Positions 48,577 to 50,024 of a DNA stretch of 50,024 bases are shown piece by piece. Numbering within the stretch: position 1 is the stretch's first letter; each line of letters begins with the position of its first letter. The notes beneath the pieces were generated by a model. That model saw only the letters and a list, made by a program, of their open reading frames with translations, was not told the origin of the DNA and ran no database searches. The stretch covers positions 1-50,024 of the forward strand of contig JAHQWC010000055.1 in NCBI GenBank assembly GCA_019634025.1, read 5' to 3'. A program made the translations under genes and the position numbers. This stretch comes from Vampirovibrio sp. GTDB taxonomy: Bacteria; Cyanobacteriota; Vampirovibrionia; Vampirovibrionales; Vampirovibrionaceae.

Positions 48577-49983
48577 ATGCAATCTTTGCAATCCATACAG
48601 GGCATGGCCCCAGTCTCTCATCCAACACCTGAAACCCGGTTTGGGGTGGGAGGTCCTGTTTCATCTTCGGTGATGCCGTTTTCGGTAAAGATCAACGAGA
48701 ACCAGCTACTAAACCGGTTTGTTATCGATACATTGGGGTACTCGTCATGGTCGGTGATTATTGCCCGGAATAACTTTGAGCGGCTGGAAAATGCATTGGA
48801 CTGGGCAGGGTGGTTGTCGGCGGGGTTGGTGATTCCGTATGTGGTGGAGCGGGGGGTGAACCGGTTTTACCATTCCAAGTATCTGGCGAAAAAATACGGG
48901 AACGCCGGGATTATCAAGAATGCGGCCAACCGTAATACGCTGCTGTCGATGCCCTTTGAATGGTTAGATAAGGCGAAGCACAGCAACACATTAGCCAGAT
49001 TGACCCAAGGAAAAAGCCGGAAAAAGGCAGAACAGTTTGGGTTGACTCACTTTAAACATTTAACCCCAGACCTGGCCAAGAGCATTTTGTGGGGGAAGTT
49101 GTTGATTGTTTGGATTGACTTACTGTTGTTGGCCAGCAAGAACCAAGGGTATGCCTGGATTAAGAACTGGGTAACGGAAGAATTGTCTGGGCAGAAAGGG
49201 TTTTCAGGCGAGTTTAAGTATGCCAACAAAGAATATTTGGAAAGTCAGAGCGCCGGATACGAAAAAACCAAGGATTTGCGAAAAATTGCGTCGTTAAGTA
49301 TCGGGTTTGGCGGGGCATTGTTGTTTCCGTTGGCGCTGCTAGGCGTGTTGCGGAGCAAGAAAACAAAAGGGGCTATGGGATGGTTAAAAGAGCGGGTGAA
49401 GGCGTTTAATTACACCGACGCCATTTTTATGAGTAAGTGGGTGTTGTTGTCGTCGAACCTGACCAACTGGGCGCCGGCGACGATTTTATCGTCGCGGGAT
49501 AAGCATGAGATGCGGGAGAAGATTACCAGGATGCTGGCGTTTGATTTCTTCTTCTTTTTTGGAGATGACCTGATTTCTGGGGTGGCGGCCAAGGTATTGC
49601 AGCGCAAGCACAAGTTAGACGCGGCGATTGTGCGGAAGGGCAAATGGACCGGCTTGCCGAGGGCTATACCGCTACACGAAGTGTATGCCCAGGTGGAGGA
49701 TAAGACGAGCATGGCTTATAAGCTTGCCCGGCGGAGTTTTTGGATTGGATTGTTGGGCACGGCGGCGGCGTTGGGGGTGACCATGCCGTTGTTGAATTTT
49801 TGGTTTACGAAGAAGAAGGTGATGGCGGAACAGGGGCAGATGAAAGGCGTTTCATCTGCTACTGGCTTTGCCAGAAACCCCATGGGCAAGTATCAGCCGT
49901 TGGTTCGGCGAAGACCTTTAATGATTGAAAACACCGTTTATTTACAAGGTCAAAATATTTCCTATGCGTCATCTGGTAGATAG
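48577..49983 (+). CDS. Hypothetical basic multi-pass membrane protein
   Basis: 468-aa ORF with several hydrophobic segments; N-terminal low-complexity stretch ending in RFG. Confidence 0.75.
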   Translation: MQSLQSIQGMAPVSHPTPETRFGVGGPVSSSVMPFSVKINENQLLNRFVIDTLGYSSWSVIIARNNFERLENALDWAGWLSAGLVIPYVVERGVNRFYHSKYLAKKYGNAGIIKNAANRNTLLSMPFEWLDKAKHSNTLARLTQGKSRKKAEQFGLTHFKHLTPDLAKSILWGKLLIVWIDLLLLASKNQGYAWIKNWVTEELSGQKGFSGEFKYANKEYLESQSAGYEKTKDLRKIASLSIGFGGALLFPLALLGVLRSKKTKGAMGWLKERVKAFNYTDAIFMSKWVLLSSNLTNWAPATILSSRDKHEMREKITRMLAFDFFFFFGDDLISGVAAKVLQRKHKLDAAIVRKGKWTGLPRAIPLHEVYAQVEDKTSMAYKLARRSFWIGLLGTAAALGVTMPLLNFWFTKKKVMAEQGQMKGVSSATGFARNPMGKYQPLVRRRPLMIENTVYLQGQNISYASSGR

Positions 49984-50024
49984 CCAGCAGAGCTGGCATG
50001 GGGGGGGGGGGGGGGGGGGGGGGG

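Noticed and set aside
50000-50024. 25-nt poly-G run at the window end
   Set aside because: Typical two-colour sequencing or contig-end artefact; not treated as a G-quadruplex or phase-variable tract.

Overview
Mostly core chromosome of what is probably a non-photosynthetic Cyanobacteriota (Vampirovibrionia/Melainabacteria-like) bacterium. The taxon is an inference from the crtE-DUF212 pair, an MGLAASQAR-type protein and the respiratory operon layout. Housekeeping content: tRNA-Thr(CGT), coaBC, pth, tlyA, gcvT-H-PA-PB, crtE, rsgA, rpsP, cdd, ctpA, nagA, queC, queE, ribF, comF, hom-thrC and futalosine-pathway genes mqnA/mqnD/mqnE. The standout is an 8.3-kb minus-strand operon (22065-30325) joining a cbb3-type oxidase to a Rieske/cytochrome b complex with two dissimilar cytochromes b. 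One keeps a Qo-like motif and only the bL His ligands. The other keeps all four His ligands, has a degenerate Qo motif, is fused to a 2x[4Fe-4S] ferredoxin domain and is followed by an MvhD/FlpD-like protein. Also seen: two near-consensus sigma-28 promoters ahead of uncharacterised small proteins, two small ORFs absent from the ORF track (ccoS and a 45-aa membrane peptide), several dispersed palindromic repeat families, a 32-bp-phased GATC repeat array, and a tRNA-Thr remnant beside an AT-rich gene. All calls come from reading motifs by eye; no database searches were run.
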